Origin: Trueperaceae bacterium
GTDB taxonomy: Bacteria; Deinococcota; Deinococci; Deinococcales; Trueperaceae
Length of the DNA: 64,000 nt
Reading direction: 5' to 3'
NCBI GenBank assembly: GCA_965213705.1
Contig: OZ243913.1
Location: forward strand, 1,568,001 to 1,632,000
A model generated the notes under the pieces. The model saw only the letters and a program-made list of their open reading frames with translations, did no database searches and was not told the DNA's origin. The position numbers and the translations under genes are program-made. This document shows, piece by piece, positions 1 through 8,605 of the stretch (positions are counted from its first letter, which is position 1; every line of letters starts with the position of its first letter).

Positions 1-719
1 AGCAAAAACGCCGCCACCGCCTCGGGAAAACCGAGCGACTTCGCCGTGGTCGAAAACACCACGACCAGCGCCAAGGTGAGCAGCACGAGCGTTTCGCCCT
101 CGCGGTCGAGGAGTCGCTCCAAATAAGGTTTTGCAAACCGCAGCAGCAAACCGTACACCGCCAAAAAGAGCGCCACGCCTAAAAAACTGGCCGCGCCGCC
201 CCCCGCCGTGACGATGCCCAACCCGCCCAGAATCACCACCATCGCCAGGTCTTCGTAAACGAGCACGCCTAAAGTGCGCTCGGCCTCGGGATAGGCGATG
301 AGGTCGCGCTCGGTCAGCAGTCTGGCGATGACGCCCGAACTCGAGATGTAGACAATCCCGCCTAAAAACAGCGCCGCCAGCACGCCGAAACCGAGCAGCA
401 GGCCGATAACGAAGCCCACGACGAAGTTCGCTAAGTCGATGGTTCCCGCCACGGTGATGGCCCGCCGCCCCTCGACGAAGCGCGCCACCGAAAACTCCAG
501 GCCCATGTAAAAGAGCAGTAAAATAATGCCGAGTTCGCCGAACAGGTCGGTCACGCGGGTGACTTCAAACAGCGTGACGACGCCGTACGGCCCGAACAGC
601 AGCCCCAGCAAGATGTAGCCGACGATGCTGCTGAGGCCAACTTTGCCGCTGAGCCAGCCCGCCGCGTACAGCCCCAAGGCGATTAAGCCGAACTCCCACA
701 GGGGCGAGAGGTCCAACAC
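1..719 (-). CDS. CPA2-family cation:proton antiporter (KhtU/YhaU-like), runs off left edge
   Basis: Manual translation from GTG 719: MLDLSPLWEFGLIALGLYAAGWLSGKVGLSSIVGYILLG...ELGIILLLFYMGLEFS...YISSSGVIARLL; adjacent to KhtT-like gene. Confidence 0.85.
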   Translation of the reverse strand, partial: MLDLSPLWEFGLIALGLYAAGWLSGKVGLSSIVGYILLGLLFGPYGVVTLFEVTRVTDLFGELGIILLLFYMGLEFSVARFVEGRRAITVAGTIDLANFVVGFVIGLLLGFGVLAALFLGGIVYISSSGVIARLLTERDLIAYPEAERTLGVLVYEDLAMVVILGGLGIVTAGGGAASFLGVALFLAVYGLLLRFAKPYLERLLDREGETLVLLTLALVVVFSTTAKSLGFPEAVAAFL

Positions 720-1223
720 CTAACCGTTTCCGAGGAGGAGCGCCTGCGCCGCCTGGCACTGGTCGTGCGAACCGATGAGCAGCACCGTGTCGCCCGCCTT
801 AAAGACCGTCTGCGGGTCGGGGTTGGGCAGGGCTTCCTCGCCCCGCATAATCGCGACGACCGACGCGCCCGTGCGGGTGCGGAGCGGCACCTGGGTGAGG
901 GTTTGGCCGATGATGGGCGCGCTATTCCCAAGTTCGACCCACTCTATCTCGAGGGCGCCCAGCGCCAGCTCGAGCTTGCCCAAGTCGGGCGCGGCGACGA
1001 ACGCTTGACCCAACAGGTTGGCGAGCTGTTGGGCCTCGTCCTCGTCCAGCTTGACCACGTCGCTCGGGCGGTCGTCTTTGTCCAAAAAGTGGTACACCTG
1101 CCGTTCGCCGTCCGGTTTGACGATAATCGCTAAGTTGCCGCCGTCGCGCAACGGCAGCACGTACTTTTTGCCGACGCCCGGCAGGGTGACCTCGCGGAGT
1201 TCAATGGGGGTGAGCGCTTTCAT
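720..1223 (-). CDS. khtT: K+/H+ antiporter regulatory subunit (KhtT-like, TrkA-C/RCK_C domain)
   Basis: N-terminal LPGVGKKY, C-terminal LRTRTGASVVAIMRG..PNP..GD RCK_C motif. Confidence 0.85.
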   Translation of the reverse strand: MKALTPIELREVTLPGVGKKYVLPLRDGGNLAIIVKPDGERQVYHFLDKDDRPSDVVKLDEDEAQQLANLLGQAFVAAPDLGKLELALGALEIEWVELGNSAPIIGQTLTQVPLRTRTGASVVAIMRGEEALPNPDPQTVFKAGDTVLLIGSHDQCQAAQALLLGNG

Positions 1224-1274
1224 GCGTCCCAGTCTAGCCTGCAGGCGACGCTCTCGGCAAATGGGAACCGGGCG

Positions 1275-1778
1275 TCACACCCGAACGCGCCGGTACACGG
1301 CCGCCGGGAGCAGCGTTTGCAGCGTCATCTCGCCCGGAGCCAAACCGCCCGCCAGCGTTGCCCAGGCCGCCTTTCTGACTTGCAACGGCACGCTCGTCGT
1401 CCCCGTCAGCAGGTAAGACGCCAGCTCGCTCAGGTAGGGTTCGTGCCCGACGAGGGCGACGGTCTCGTCGGCGGGCTTCATCCCTTCGCTGATGTCGATG
1501 AGGAGTTGGGCGTAATCGCCGCCGGTCAGCGTGTCCAGGTACTGCACGCGGCGGCCTTTTGCGAGCCGCCCCGCCAAGCGTTCAGCGGTTTGGGCCGCGC
1601 GGGTGTAGGGGCTCGAGAACAGCCGGTCAAAGGTAACGTCCAGGGTTTTCAAGACTCGAGCCAAGGTTTTCGCCTGCTTGCGTCCTTTGTCGTCGAGGGG
1701 CCGCTGGCTGTCGTCCAGATATTGCGGCGAGCGCTCCCCGGCGCTGGCGTGGCGAATCAGGTAAAGGGTGTGACTCAT
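1275..1778 (-). CDS. sixA: SixA-type phosphohistidine phosphatase
   Basis: LYLIRHA, SSPYTRAAQTA and VGHEP motifs. Confidence 0.85.
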   Translation of the reverse strand: MSHTLYLIRHASAGERSPQYLDDSQRPLDDKGRKQAKTLARVLKTLDVTFDRLFSSPYTRAAQTAERLAGRLAKGRRVQYLDTLTGGDYAQLLIDISEGMKPADETVALVGHEPYLSELASYLLTGTTSVPLQVRKAAWATLAGGLAPGEMTLQTLLPAAVYRRVRV

Positions 1779-1787
1779 CTGGGACAG

Positions 1788-2420
1788 TCAACCGTCTTGA
1801 AAGCTCGCGCCGAGACTCAGCAGCGCTTCGGCCCTGGTCAACTTGTCACCCGCGTTCGGGGTGAGGCGCACGACCGTGTCGACTATTTCGGCTATTTTTT
1901 GCAACTCGTCGGCGCTCGTGTCGCCCAGCGCCTCTATCTCGGCCTCGCTGAAGTGAACGCTCTGCGCGCCGCCGGGATACTCGGCGCTCACCGCGTCGAA
2001 AGAAAGCGTGGCGAGGTTTTTGCCCCCCCTTGCAACCCGGTAGTTCGTCCGCACGGTGGTGAGGTCGACTTGGCTGCGCAGGGCGGCCGGGTCGACCAGC
2101 GTCGACACAGGTCTGAACACGGCGCTGGGCCAGTCCTCCCCGTTAAAAGGCACCTCTATCTCGTCGCGCTCGTGGAGCGCACCCGAGACGCTGCCGGGCC
2201 GTTTCAGGGTCGCTAGGGTTCGGCCGCTTACCTTGCGTTTGCGCAACGCTAGGCCGTAGCCGTTCAGGGTCCGGGCCGCGTCGTCATAGTAGCGGTCGCG
2301 CTGCTCGACGGTTTCTGCGTCACTCAGGTTGTAGCCCGCTGCCGCGAACACCGGGGCCAGTTCTTCAGGGCTCGGAAAGGCCTCGAGCAGGGAAAACTTG
2401 AGTTCGCGCTCGAGGGGCAT
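1788..2420 (-). CDS. CYTH domain protein
   Basis: ERELKF N-terminal motif, YYD, LRKR, EAEIE. Confidence 0.8.
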   Translation of the reverse strand: MPLERELKFSLLEAFPSPEELAPVFAAAGYNLSDAETVEQRDRYYDDAARTLNGYGLALRKRKVSGRTLATLKRPGSVSGALHERDEIEVPFNGEDWPSAVFRPVSTLVDPAALRSQVDLTTVRTNYRVARGGKNLATLSFDAVSAEYPGGAQSVHFSEAEIEALGDTSADELQKIAEIVDTVVRLTPNAGDKLTRAEALLSLGASFQDG

Positions 2421-2457
2421 AAGGAAAGTTTACAGGTTTTGGGTGGATTGGGTCTCA

Positions 2458-2907
2458 TCACTCGGCAACCGAGTCAAAAGTCCCCACAGCTCTCAGATAA
2501 GTGACGCGCCGACCAACATACAACCATTCTTCGTGATAATAGAACATGATGGAATTGTCTGCGTTGTGAACAACCATTGCGTCATCTCTACTTGGCATAA
2601 ATATATTTATCCAGTTTGCTAAAAAATTGTCGGCATCTAAAACACAAACCTCATGAGGGCTATAGACAATTTGCACCGTTCCTTTGTTACTCAGTCGCTG
2701 TCTAAGCCACGCTAGCGCAACAGCTTCACTTGCAATACTATGTTGCTCGATGTTGTAAGTCGTTTCTTCATTCAAGCCGATACCTGCTTTACTGGAATAT
2801 TTCAGAGCGTAACCATAAGCATTTTGAGCACGTTTTTTGTCAAGCCAACGCGCTTCTAAACCCAACTCTTCATACTCTTTAGGTCGGAAGGATTTCATGT
2901 TGCTCAA
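2458..2907 (-). CDS. AT-rich hypothetical protein (possible immunity/DUF2947-like)
   Basis: 149-aa ORF filling a markedly lower-GC patch; C-terminus NFLANWINIF..DD..IMFYYHEE..G. Confidence 0.6.
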   Translation of the reverse strand: MSNMKSFRPKEYEELGLEARWLDKKRAQNAYGYALKYSSKAGIGLNEETTYNIEQHSIASEAVALAWLRQRLSNKGTVQIVYSPHEVCVLDADNFLANWINIFMPSRDDAMVVHNADNSIMFYYHEEWLYVGRRVTYLRAVGTFDSVAE

Positions 2908-2962
2908 GCATAGATTATCCTACACATTGCGCTATAACATCCTCGCCAAAACCGCTCGAGTC

Positions 2963-4210
2963 TCACGGCTCGAGCGGTTTTGGAATCCGCCGCGCCACCT
3001 GCCCGACGGTCAACCCTTGGACTAAAATGGCGAAAACCACCACGCCGTAAGTCATCGCTAAGATGAGGTGGCGTTCCTCACCCGGCGGCAGCGACAGCGC
3101 CAAGGCTATCGAGATGCCGCCGCGCAAACCGCCCCACACCATCATCCGCACCGTGTAGGGCAAAAAGTTGCGCCGCAAGCGCAATAGGTTGATGGGCACG
3201 CCCACGCTCACCAAACGGCTCAGCAGCACGAGGGGGATGACGAGGAGCGCCGCGTAGAATTCTATGGGCAAGAACTCGACGATGAGCATTTCCAGTCCGA
3301 TGAGGACGAACAGCACCGCGTTGAAAATCTCGTCGGTCATCTCCCAAAAGGTGTCCAGGTGTTCGCGGGTGCGCTCGCTCATGGCGAACAGCCGCCCGCG
3401 GTTGCCGATGAAAAGCCCCGCCACCACCATCGCCAGCGGCCCCGAGGTGTGCAGCGCCAGCGCCAGCGCGTACCCGCCCGTGACGAGCGCCAGCGTGATG
3501 AGCACTTCGACGCTGTAGTTGTCGACGTTTTTTAAGAGGTAATAAGCAATCAAACCGATGACGAAACCGTAAGCGACGCCGCCCAAGGCTTCGGTGGCAA
3601 AGAGCAGCGCCACGCCCTCGAAGCCCGCCTCGCCCCCGCCGTGCCCGGCCCCGACCAGGCTCAAAATCACGCTGAACACCACCACGCCGACCCCGTCGTT
3701 GAACAGCGACTCGCCCGTGATAAGGGTCTCTATGTCTTTCGGCACGCCCACGCTCCGCAGGATGCTCAAGACCGCAATCGGGTCGGTCGGCGAAATGAGC
3801 GCGCCGAACAGCAGCGCGTAAATAAAGGGCAGCTCCAGCCCCAGCAAGCCCGCCAAGCCGTAAGCGAGCCCGCCGACGATAAAGGTCGAGGTAAGCACGC
3901 CCAGGGTCGCCAAAATCAGCACCGGCCACTTTTGTTTGGCTAAGTCTTCTAAGTTCACCGTCAGCGAGCCGGCGAACAGCAAAAAACTGAGCATTCCTTC
4001 CAACACGAGCGCGTTGAAGTCCAAACCGGTCAAAAACCCTTCGGCCCAGTTCCTCACCTCCGGGCTGGCAAACCCCAGAAACAGCAGCGACAACACGATG
4101 GCGATTAAAGTCACGCCGATGGGCGTGGGCAGTTTGATGTAGCGCTCGTTGATGTAACCGAACACCGCGGTAAGGGTGAGGAGGATGGCTAAGACTTCGA
4201 AACCGTTCAT
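2963..4210 (-). CDS. CPA1-family Na+/H+ antiporter (NhaP-like)
   Basis: [21 protein letters not shown] and WGGLRG motifs. Confidence 0.9.
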   Translation of the reverse strand: MNGFEVLAILLTLTAVFGYINERYIKLPTPIGVTLIAIVLSLLFLGFASPEVRNWAEGFLTGLDFNALVLEGMLSFLLFAGSLTVNLEDLAKQKWPVLILATLGVLTSTFIVGGLAYGLAGLLGLELPFIYALLFGALISPTDPIAVLSILRSVGVPKDIETLITGESLFNDGVGVVVFSVILSLVGAGHGGGEAGFEGVALLFATEALGGVAYGFVIGLIAYYLLKNVDNYSVEVLITLALVTGGYALALALHTSGPLAMVVAGLFIGNRGRLFAMSERTREHLDTFWEMTDEIFNAVLFVLIGLEMLIVEFLPIEFYAALLVIPLVLLSRLVSVGVPINLLRLRRNFLPYTVRMMVWGGLRGGISIALALSLPPGEERHLILAMTYGVVVFAILVQGLTVGQVARRIPKPLEP

Positions 4211-4377
4211 GGAGTCAGTTTAACGAAGTTGGCGCGACGGGGCTCCGGGGGGCAAAAAGTTCAGGCGTTTTCTCAATGTCCTCAGGCCCTTGCACCCTTT
4301 TCAAGACGCCGGCGACACCGCTCGAGAAGCCGGTTGAAAGGCCCTGTTTTATGCGTCTCTGACGTGCTTTCTCGTGC

Positions 4378-4406
4378 TTGACAAACCCGGTGATAAGGCC
4401 TATACT
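4378..4406 (+). promoter_or_regulatory. sigma70 promoter TTGACA-N17-TATACT
   Basis: TTGACA 4378-4383, 17-nt spacer, TATACT 4401-4406. Confidence 0.85.
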
Positions 4407-4410
4407 GAAC

Positions 4411-4431
4411 ATACCTTAGTTTTTAAGGTAT
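4411..4431. promoter_or_regulatory. Palindromic operator candidate ATACCTTA-N5-TAAGGTAT
   Basis: Perfect 8-bp inverted repeat over the expected +1 of the 4378 promoter. Confidence 0.6.
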
Positions 4432-4478
4432 AACCGTGAAAAGAGCAGTTCAATCTCCGAGGAGGATGTACCGAACCC

Positions 4479-4970
4479 ATGACCATGACGCTTTCCACAC
4501 CTTTGCTAGAGGCCGCCACACGACCCATCCTCAGCCGGGGCCGGACACGCCGGTCCGTTTTGCAGGCGCACACGCGCGTTGGAGCTACCTTGGACGCTCA
4601 CCCCGGCAACCATCCCGCTCGAGTGTTTCGGGACCTGACCAGCAGTTTTCAGCAAGACGCCGCCGGCGAGCGCGTCGACGTGTTGGCCGCCGAACTCGCG
4701 TCCTGTGTGGCCGCCGCGCGCGGCTCGCTGTGCTTGGGGCTGGTTCACAAAGAAACCGTGCCCAAACTGTACGGCCTCGTCTTTTTGCTCGACGGCTACG
4801 GCCTGGTGCTGCGCCAGCGCTACCGCGAGCAAGGCGACGGCGTGTTCGTGTTTTTAGACCGTAAGGGCGACGCCGCGAGCGAGTTCGCGGGCAGCGTCGT
4901 TGTTGAGCGCGTTGTTGAGCGCGGCGTGCCTGAGCGCTTTGCCGACGTGGCGCTGCCGTGGGCGGCGTAG
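4479..4970 (+). CDS. Hypothetical protein, first gene of SSAP-primase operon
   Basis: 163-aa ORF with GAGGAGG upstream; no recognisable domain. Confidence 0.7.
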   Translation: MTMTLSTPLLEAATRPILSRGRTRRSVLQAHTRVGATLDAHPGNHPARVFRDLTSSFQQDAAGERVDVLAAELASCVAAARGSLCLGLVHKETVPKLYGLVFLLDGYGLVLRQRYREQGDGVFVFLDRKGDAASEFAGSVVVERVVERGVPERFADVALPWAA

Positions 4971-4976
4971 GGGAGG

Positions 4977-5780
4977 TTGACGATGGTTAACACCGAAACT
5001 CAGGTCGACTGGCCCGCGTTGCTGAACGCCCTCGCCGAGCCTTTTCCGCAAGAAGCCGTGTCGTGGCGCGCGGGCGCGTTGTCGCGCGACAAAAAGCGCG
5101 CGCAAGCCTTGCCCTACGCCGAGCCGCGCGTCTACGAAGACCGCTTGAACACGGTCTGCCCCGGCGACTGGAGCGTGCGGTTCGTGCCCTGGGGCGAGAA
5201 CCGCATCATCTGCGAACTCACCGTCCACGGCGTCACCCGCAGCTCGACCGGCGAAGAGAACGACGGCGGTTTCGCGCCCGGCACCGCCGCCGAGGCGCAA
5301 GCCTTCAAGCGCGCCTGCAGCAAGTTCGGGTTGGGCCGCTACCTGTACGACATCGGCATCGACTGGATTGACTACGACGAAGACAAACGTCGTCTCGTCA
5401 AGACGCCGAACCTGCCGGATAGGTTTTTGCCCGCGAAAAAGGTTGCGGTCAAGACTGGGACGGAAGCTAGAGCCGAGACCAGGATGAGCGCCAAACCCGC
5501 GCCGACACCCCTGCCCAAGCCTGTCCAAACCCTGCCGGCCAAACCGCTCGAGACCCCCCAAGCCCCGCTTCTCACCCCCGACCGGGCCGAGGCGATGGCG
5601 AAAGAGTTGGAAAAACTCGGTTTCGCCCGCGGTGTAGCGGGTGCGGCCAAGCCTAACGAACAGCTCAAACTCGCTACCTCGGTGCTGGGCCATCCGGTGC
5701 GCGCGTTCACCCAACTCACCGAGGCCGAAGCCTTGGAAGTCTGGGCCTCGGCCAAGCGCCTCAGCAAAAGCGTCGCGTGA
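4977..5780 (+). CDS. Rad52/Rad22-family single-strand annealing protein (DdrA/Sak-like)
   Basis: L.EPFP..V.WR, Y...R...DRLN.VCP.DW, LTV.GVTR...GE and AFKRAC.KFGLGRYLY motifs; Pro-rich linker; C-terminal LTEAEA module; GGGAGG RBS. Confidence 0.9.
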   Translation: MTMVNTETQVDWPALLNALAEPFPQEAVSWRAGALSRDKKRAQALPYAEPRVYEDRLNTVCPGDWSVRFVPWGENRIICELTVHGVTRSSTGEENDGGFAPGTAAEAQAFKRACSKFGLGRYLYDIGIDWIDYDEDKRRLVKTPNLPDRFLPAKKVAVKTGTEARAETRMSAKPAPTPLPKPVQTLPAKPLETPQAPLLTPDRAEAMAKELEKLGFARGVAGAAKPNEQLKLATSVLGHPVRAFTQLTEAEALEVWASAKRLSKSVA

Positions 5781-5938
5781 AGCCCGCGCCCGCCGGGGCG
5801 GTGTACGTGTGCCAGGGCTGCAAGCGGCGCGCGGAGGTGTGCGTTCCCGCCAAGGTTACCTGCAGCCGTTGCGGTCGCCCCATGAAGGTGGAAGATGAAA
5901 ACGGACATTCCCGCGCTCAAGGCGAACCGCGACTTTAG
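5777..5938 (+). CDS. Zn-ribbon microprotein (53 aa, not in ORF track)
   Basis: GTG overlaps upstream TGA (GTGA); YVCQGC...VTCSRCGRPM has two CxxC motifs. Confidence 0.6.
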   Translation: MKPAPAGAVYVCQGCKRRAEVCVPAKVTCSRCGRPMKVEDENGHSRAQGEPRL

Positions 5939-6845
5939 AACAATAGTTGCGACAACGCACCCTATCGGCAGGGACGGCAAGATTTGCTGTCCCTTCCACG
6001 ACGACGCACACCCGAGCTGCCACATCTACCCCGACGGCTACAAGTGTTTCGCCTGCGGCGCGCACGGCGACCACCTGACTTGGTTGGAAGAGGTGCAAGG
6101 GCTGTCGGTCGCGGCGGCCATCGCTTGTTTGGCGGGCGGTGGCGGCTCGCTGCCGCGCCGCCCGCCCCCACGCCGCGCCAAGGCGACAGTGAATTACAGC
6201 CCGATAAGCGCGGCTGCTTACAGCAGTTACGCTCACCGGTTGCGGGTCACGAACCGTTTGCCAAAAGCCCTCGAGCACCGCGGCCTCAACTTAGAGCAGG
6301 CCCTTCAACTCGGCGTCGCCGCGCTCGGTGACGACGCGCTGCTGCCCATCGCCGGGCCGTCGGGCGACATCTTGGCGCTCAAACGTCGTTTTTACGCCTC
6401 CCAGGACGGCTTGCGCTACGCCTACACGACCGCCGGCCACGGCAGCCCGGCCTGGTGCTCGCCCAACTTTCTGAGTTGCGAGCACGTGCTGGTGGTCGAG
6501 GGCGAACTCAACGGAATCGTGAGCTATTCGGTCCTCAAGGAGGTGGGAGCCGAGGTAGCGGTGATGGGTGTGGCGGGCGTGTACGGCGGTTTGCACGAGG
6601 CGGCGCTGCGCGGCAAACAGGTTTACGTGTGGGCCGACCGGGACGGACCCGGCACGCGCGCCAGAAAACGCTGGCAGTCCAAAGCGCGGCGCGCGGGCTG
6701 CGCGGTCGCCAAGGCGCTTCCCTCGACAAGCGCCGACGCCTGCGAGTTGGCCGGGCAAGAAGGGCGGCTCTACTTGGCCTCGTGGTTGTTGGAGGCGATG
6801 AACAAGCGCCTCAAAACCCGCACCCCACAAAAGGAGTTGGCATGA
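5895..6845 (+). CDS. DnaG-like primase: CHC2 zinc finger plus Toprim domain
   Basis: CPFHDDAHPSC..YKCFACG; Toprim VLVVEGE and VWADRDGPG (DxD). Confidence 0.85.
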   Translation: MKTDIPALKANRDFRTIVATTHPIGRDGKICCPFHDDAHPSCHIYPDGYKCFACGAHGDHLTWLEEVQGLSVAAAIACLAGGGGSLPRRPPPRRAKATVNYSPISAAAYSSYAHRLRVTNRLPKALEHRGLNLEQALQLGVAALGDDALLPIAGPSGDILALKRRFYASQDGLRYAYTTAGHGSPAWCSPNFLSCEHVLVVEGELNGIVSYSVLKEVGAEVAVMGVAGVYGGLHEAALRGKQVYVWADRDGPGTRARKRWQSKARRAGCAVAKALPSTSADACELAGQEGRLYLASWLLEAMNKRLKTRTPQKELA

Positions 6846-7090
6846 TTGGCGTAACGACAAGCGAATGTCCGCGTTGCCAGGGCGAAGGTGTCTTGCTGTT
6901 TGCGGGGCGTCCCGGCGCGTTCTCGAGCTTAGAAGACGGTTTTGTACCCTCGGAAGCCTTTCGCGCCTGCCCCGACTGCTCGGGCGAAGGCGAGTTGGAG
7001 GTCTGCGCGGAGTGCCTGCAACCGTTGACCATCCAGCGCGGGCGCGAAGTCTGCGGCTGCGCCGAGCTTGCTTGGTTGGACGCGGCCTGA
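6842..7090 (+). CDS. DnaJ-type CxxCxGxG zinc-finger microprotein (82 aa)
   Basis: AAGGAG RBS, ATGA overlap with primase stop; CPRCQGEG, CPDCSGEG, CAEC, CGC. Confidence 0.7.
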   Translation: MIGVTTSECPRCQGEGVLLFAGRPGAFSSLEDGFVPSEAFRACPDCSGEGELEVCAECLQPLTIQRGREVCGCAELAWLDAA

Positions 7091-7255
7091 CGTTCAGACT
7101 GATACCTTTTCCGTTTAATTATGAGGTATAAGGTCGCTCGAGCCGGCGCTGTCAAACAAAGGGTTGCAACCACTCATTAGCTGAGAGAAGTGTGTGAAAG
7201 GCGAGACCTCAGGCGAGTTGCGGAGATTCTCAGGCCTCGAGCCGGCCCCTACCGG

Positions 7256-7999
7256 TCAAGCGGCCTCGGCAGGCAGCAGCTTTCCGGCGCCCACACCTGT
7301 CAGGTAGGCCAAAAACGACGGCAGGATCGGCAACACGCAGGGCGACAAAAACGACAGCAAACCGGCCACAAGGGCGAGCCCGAAACCGGGCCGACTCCCG
7401 GCGAGGCTGTTTTCAAGACTGCCCAAACTCGCCAAGTACGGCGACAAGGCGGCGACCGAGTCGGTCAGCAGCAGTACGCCCACCAAGACGAGCAACACGC
7501 CGCCCGCTTTTTCAATCGTTCCGGTGTACCGGTTCAGTTTGCGCACGCTCGGCAGCGCTTGCGCGGCTATCAAAAACGGCAGCGCGAAGCCGAGCGAGTA
7601 AGCGCCCAGCAGCAAGCCGCCCTGCAGGGCTGAACCGCTCGTGCCTGCCACGAGCAAAATTCCACCCAAAATCGGCCCGACGCAGGGCGTCCAGCCCGCC
7701 CCAAAAGCTATGCCGACCAGCAGCGAGCCCGCATACCCCGACGGCTTGGTGCTGAAACGCGCCCGTAAATCGCGCTGTAAAAACGCCAGCGGAACCAGGC
7801 CCAACATCAACAAACCGAAAAAAATCAGCGCGACGCCCGCGCCGATGCGCAGCGCGTCGCCAAACCTAAACAGCAGGTCGCTCACCAAACCGGCGCTGAA
7901 GCCGAGGGCCACAAACACCGTACTCAAGCCCATGACAAACATCAGGCTGTGCAAGCCGATGTGAAGGCGCACGGGCAGGGCGGCTCGAGACGTACTCAC
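7256..7999 (-). CDS. ccdA: CcdA/DsbD-beta membrane electron transporter, circularly permuted
   Basis: WTPCVGP internal motif; the GLLSFLSPCVLP motif lies at the C-terminus; follows a TlpA gene. Confidence 0.85.
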   Translation of the reverse strand: MSTSRAALPVRLHIGLHSLMFVMGLSTVFVALGFSAGLVSDLLFRFGDALRIGAGVALIFFGLLMLGLVPLAFLQRDLRARFSTKPSGYAGSLLVGIAFGAGWTPCVGPILGGILLVAGTSGSALQGGLLLGAYSLGFALPFLIAAQALPSVRKLNRYTGTIEKAGGVLLVLVGVLLLTDSVAALSPYLASLGSLENSLAGSRPGFGLALVAGLLSFLSPCVLPILPSFLAYLTGVGAGKLLPAEAA

Positions 8000-8003
8000 G
8001 GTT

Positions 8004-8552
8004 TCACGGCTTCCAAGTCACGCCGATACTCGCCAGCAAACCGGGCGCTTCGGACGGCAGTAACAGGCCCACCTTGACGCCGCGAACGATTCCCTCAGCG
8101 TCGATGAAAAACGTCGTCGGCATCCCGCGCACGCGGTAGTTGCGGAGGGTCTTGTCGGTGGTCTCGAGCGCCGTGTCCTGCGCCTTGAACGCCTCCCGCT
8201 GCTCTTTCGTCGGGTCGAGGACAGTGGGCAAGGTAATCTCTAAACCCTGCAAAAAGGAAAGGGCCTCGGCCGGGTTTTCACCGTTGTTGACGAGGAGGAC
8301 GGCGAGGTTTTCTCCGGCTGCGTTGACTTCGCTGTAGAGCCGCTGGAAAAAGGGCAATTCTTCGACACAAGGCGCGCACCAGCTGGCCCACACGTTGAGG
8401 ATGAGCGGCTGGCCCCGGAAGTCCTCCAAACTGACGCTTTCACCCTGACCGTCGACGAGGTTGAACGCGGGCGCTTCGCTGCCCACGCCCTGCGCCGTCA
8501 CGGGCGTGGGCAGCGTCAAGAGAACGCCGAGGCAGAATATGAGCAGTTTCAT
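8004..8552 (-). CDS. TlpA/ResA-family thiol-disulfide oxidoreductase
   Basis: Signal peptide, LNVWASWCAPCVEELP, GMPTTFFID. Confidence 0.9.
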   Translation of the reverse strand: MKLLIFCLGVLLTLPTPVTAQGVGSEAPAFNLVDGQGESVSLEDFRGQPLILNVWASWCAPCVEELPFFQRLYSEVNAAGENLAVLLVNNGENPAEALSFLQGLEITLPTVLDPTKEQREAFKAQDTALETTDKTLRNYRVRGMPTTFFIDAEGIVRGVKVGLLLPSEAPGLLASIGVTWKP

Positions 8553-8605
8553 ACCTCGGAGGATAGCGAAAGCCCCCTCGGGTCGCCGTATCGAAGTTGA
8601 CCGGG

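Noticed and set aside
4351..4367. RDRM-like ATGCGTCTCTGACGTGC upstream of the SSAP operon
   Set aside because: Inner CGTC-N3-GACG is palindromic, but the outer conserved TT/AA positions mismatch and it lies upstream of the -35
4479..7090. Calling the operon a prophage
   Set aside because: No integrase, structural or lysis genes, no att direct repeats and no tRNA nearby
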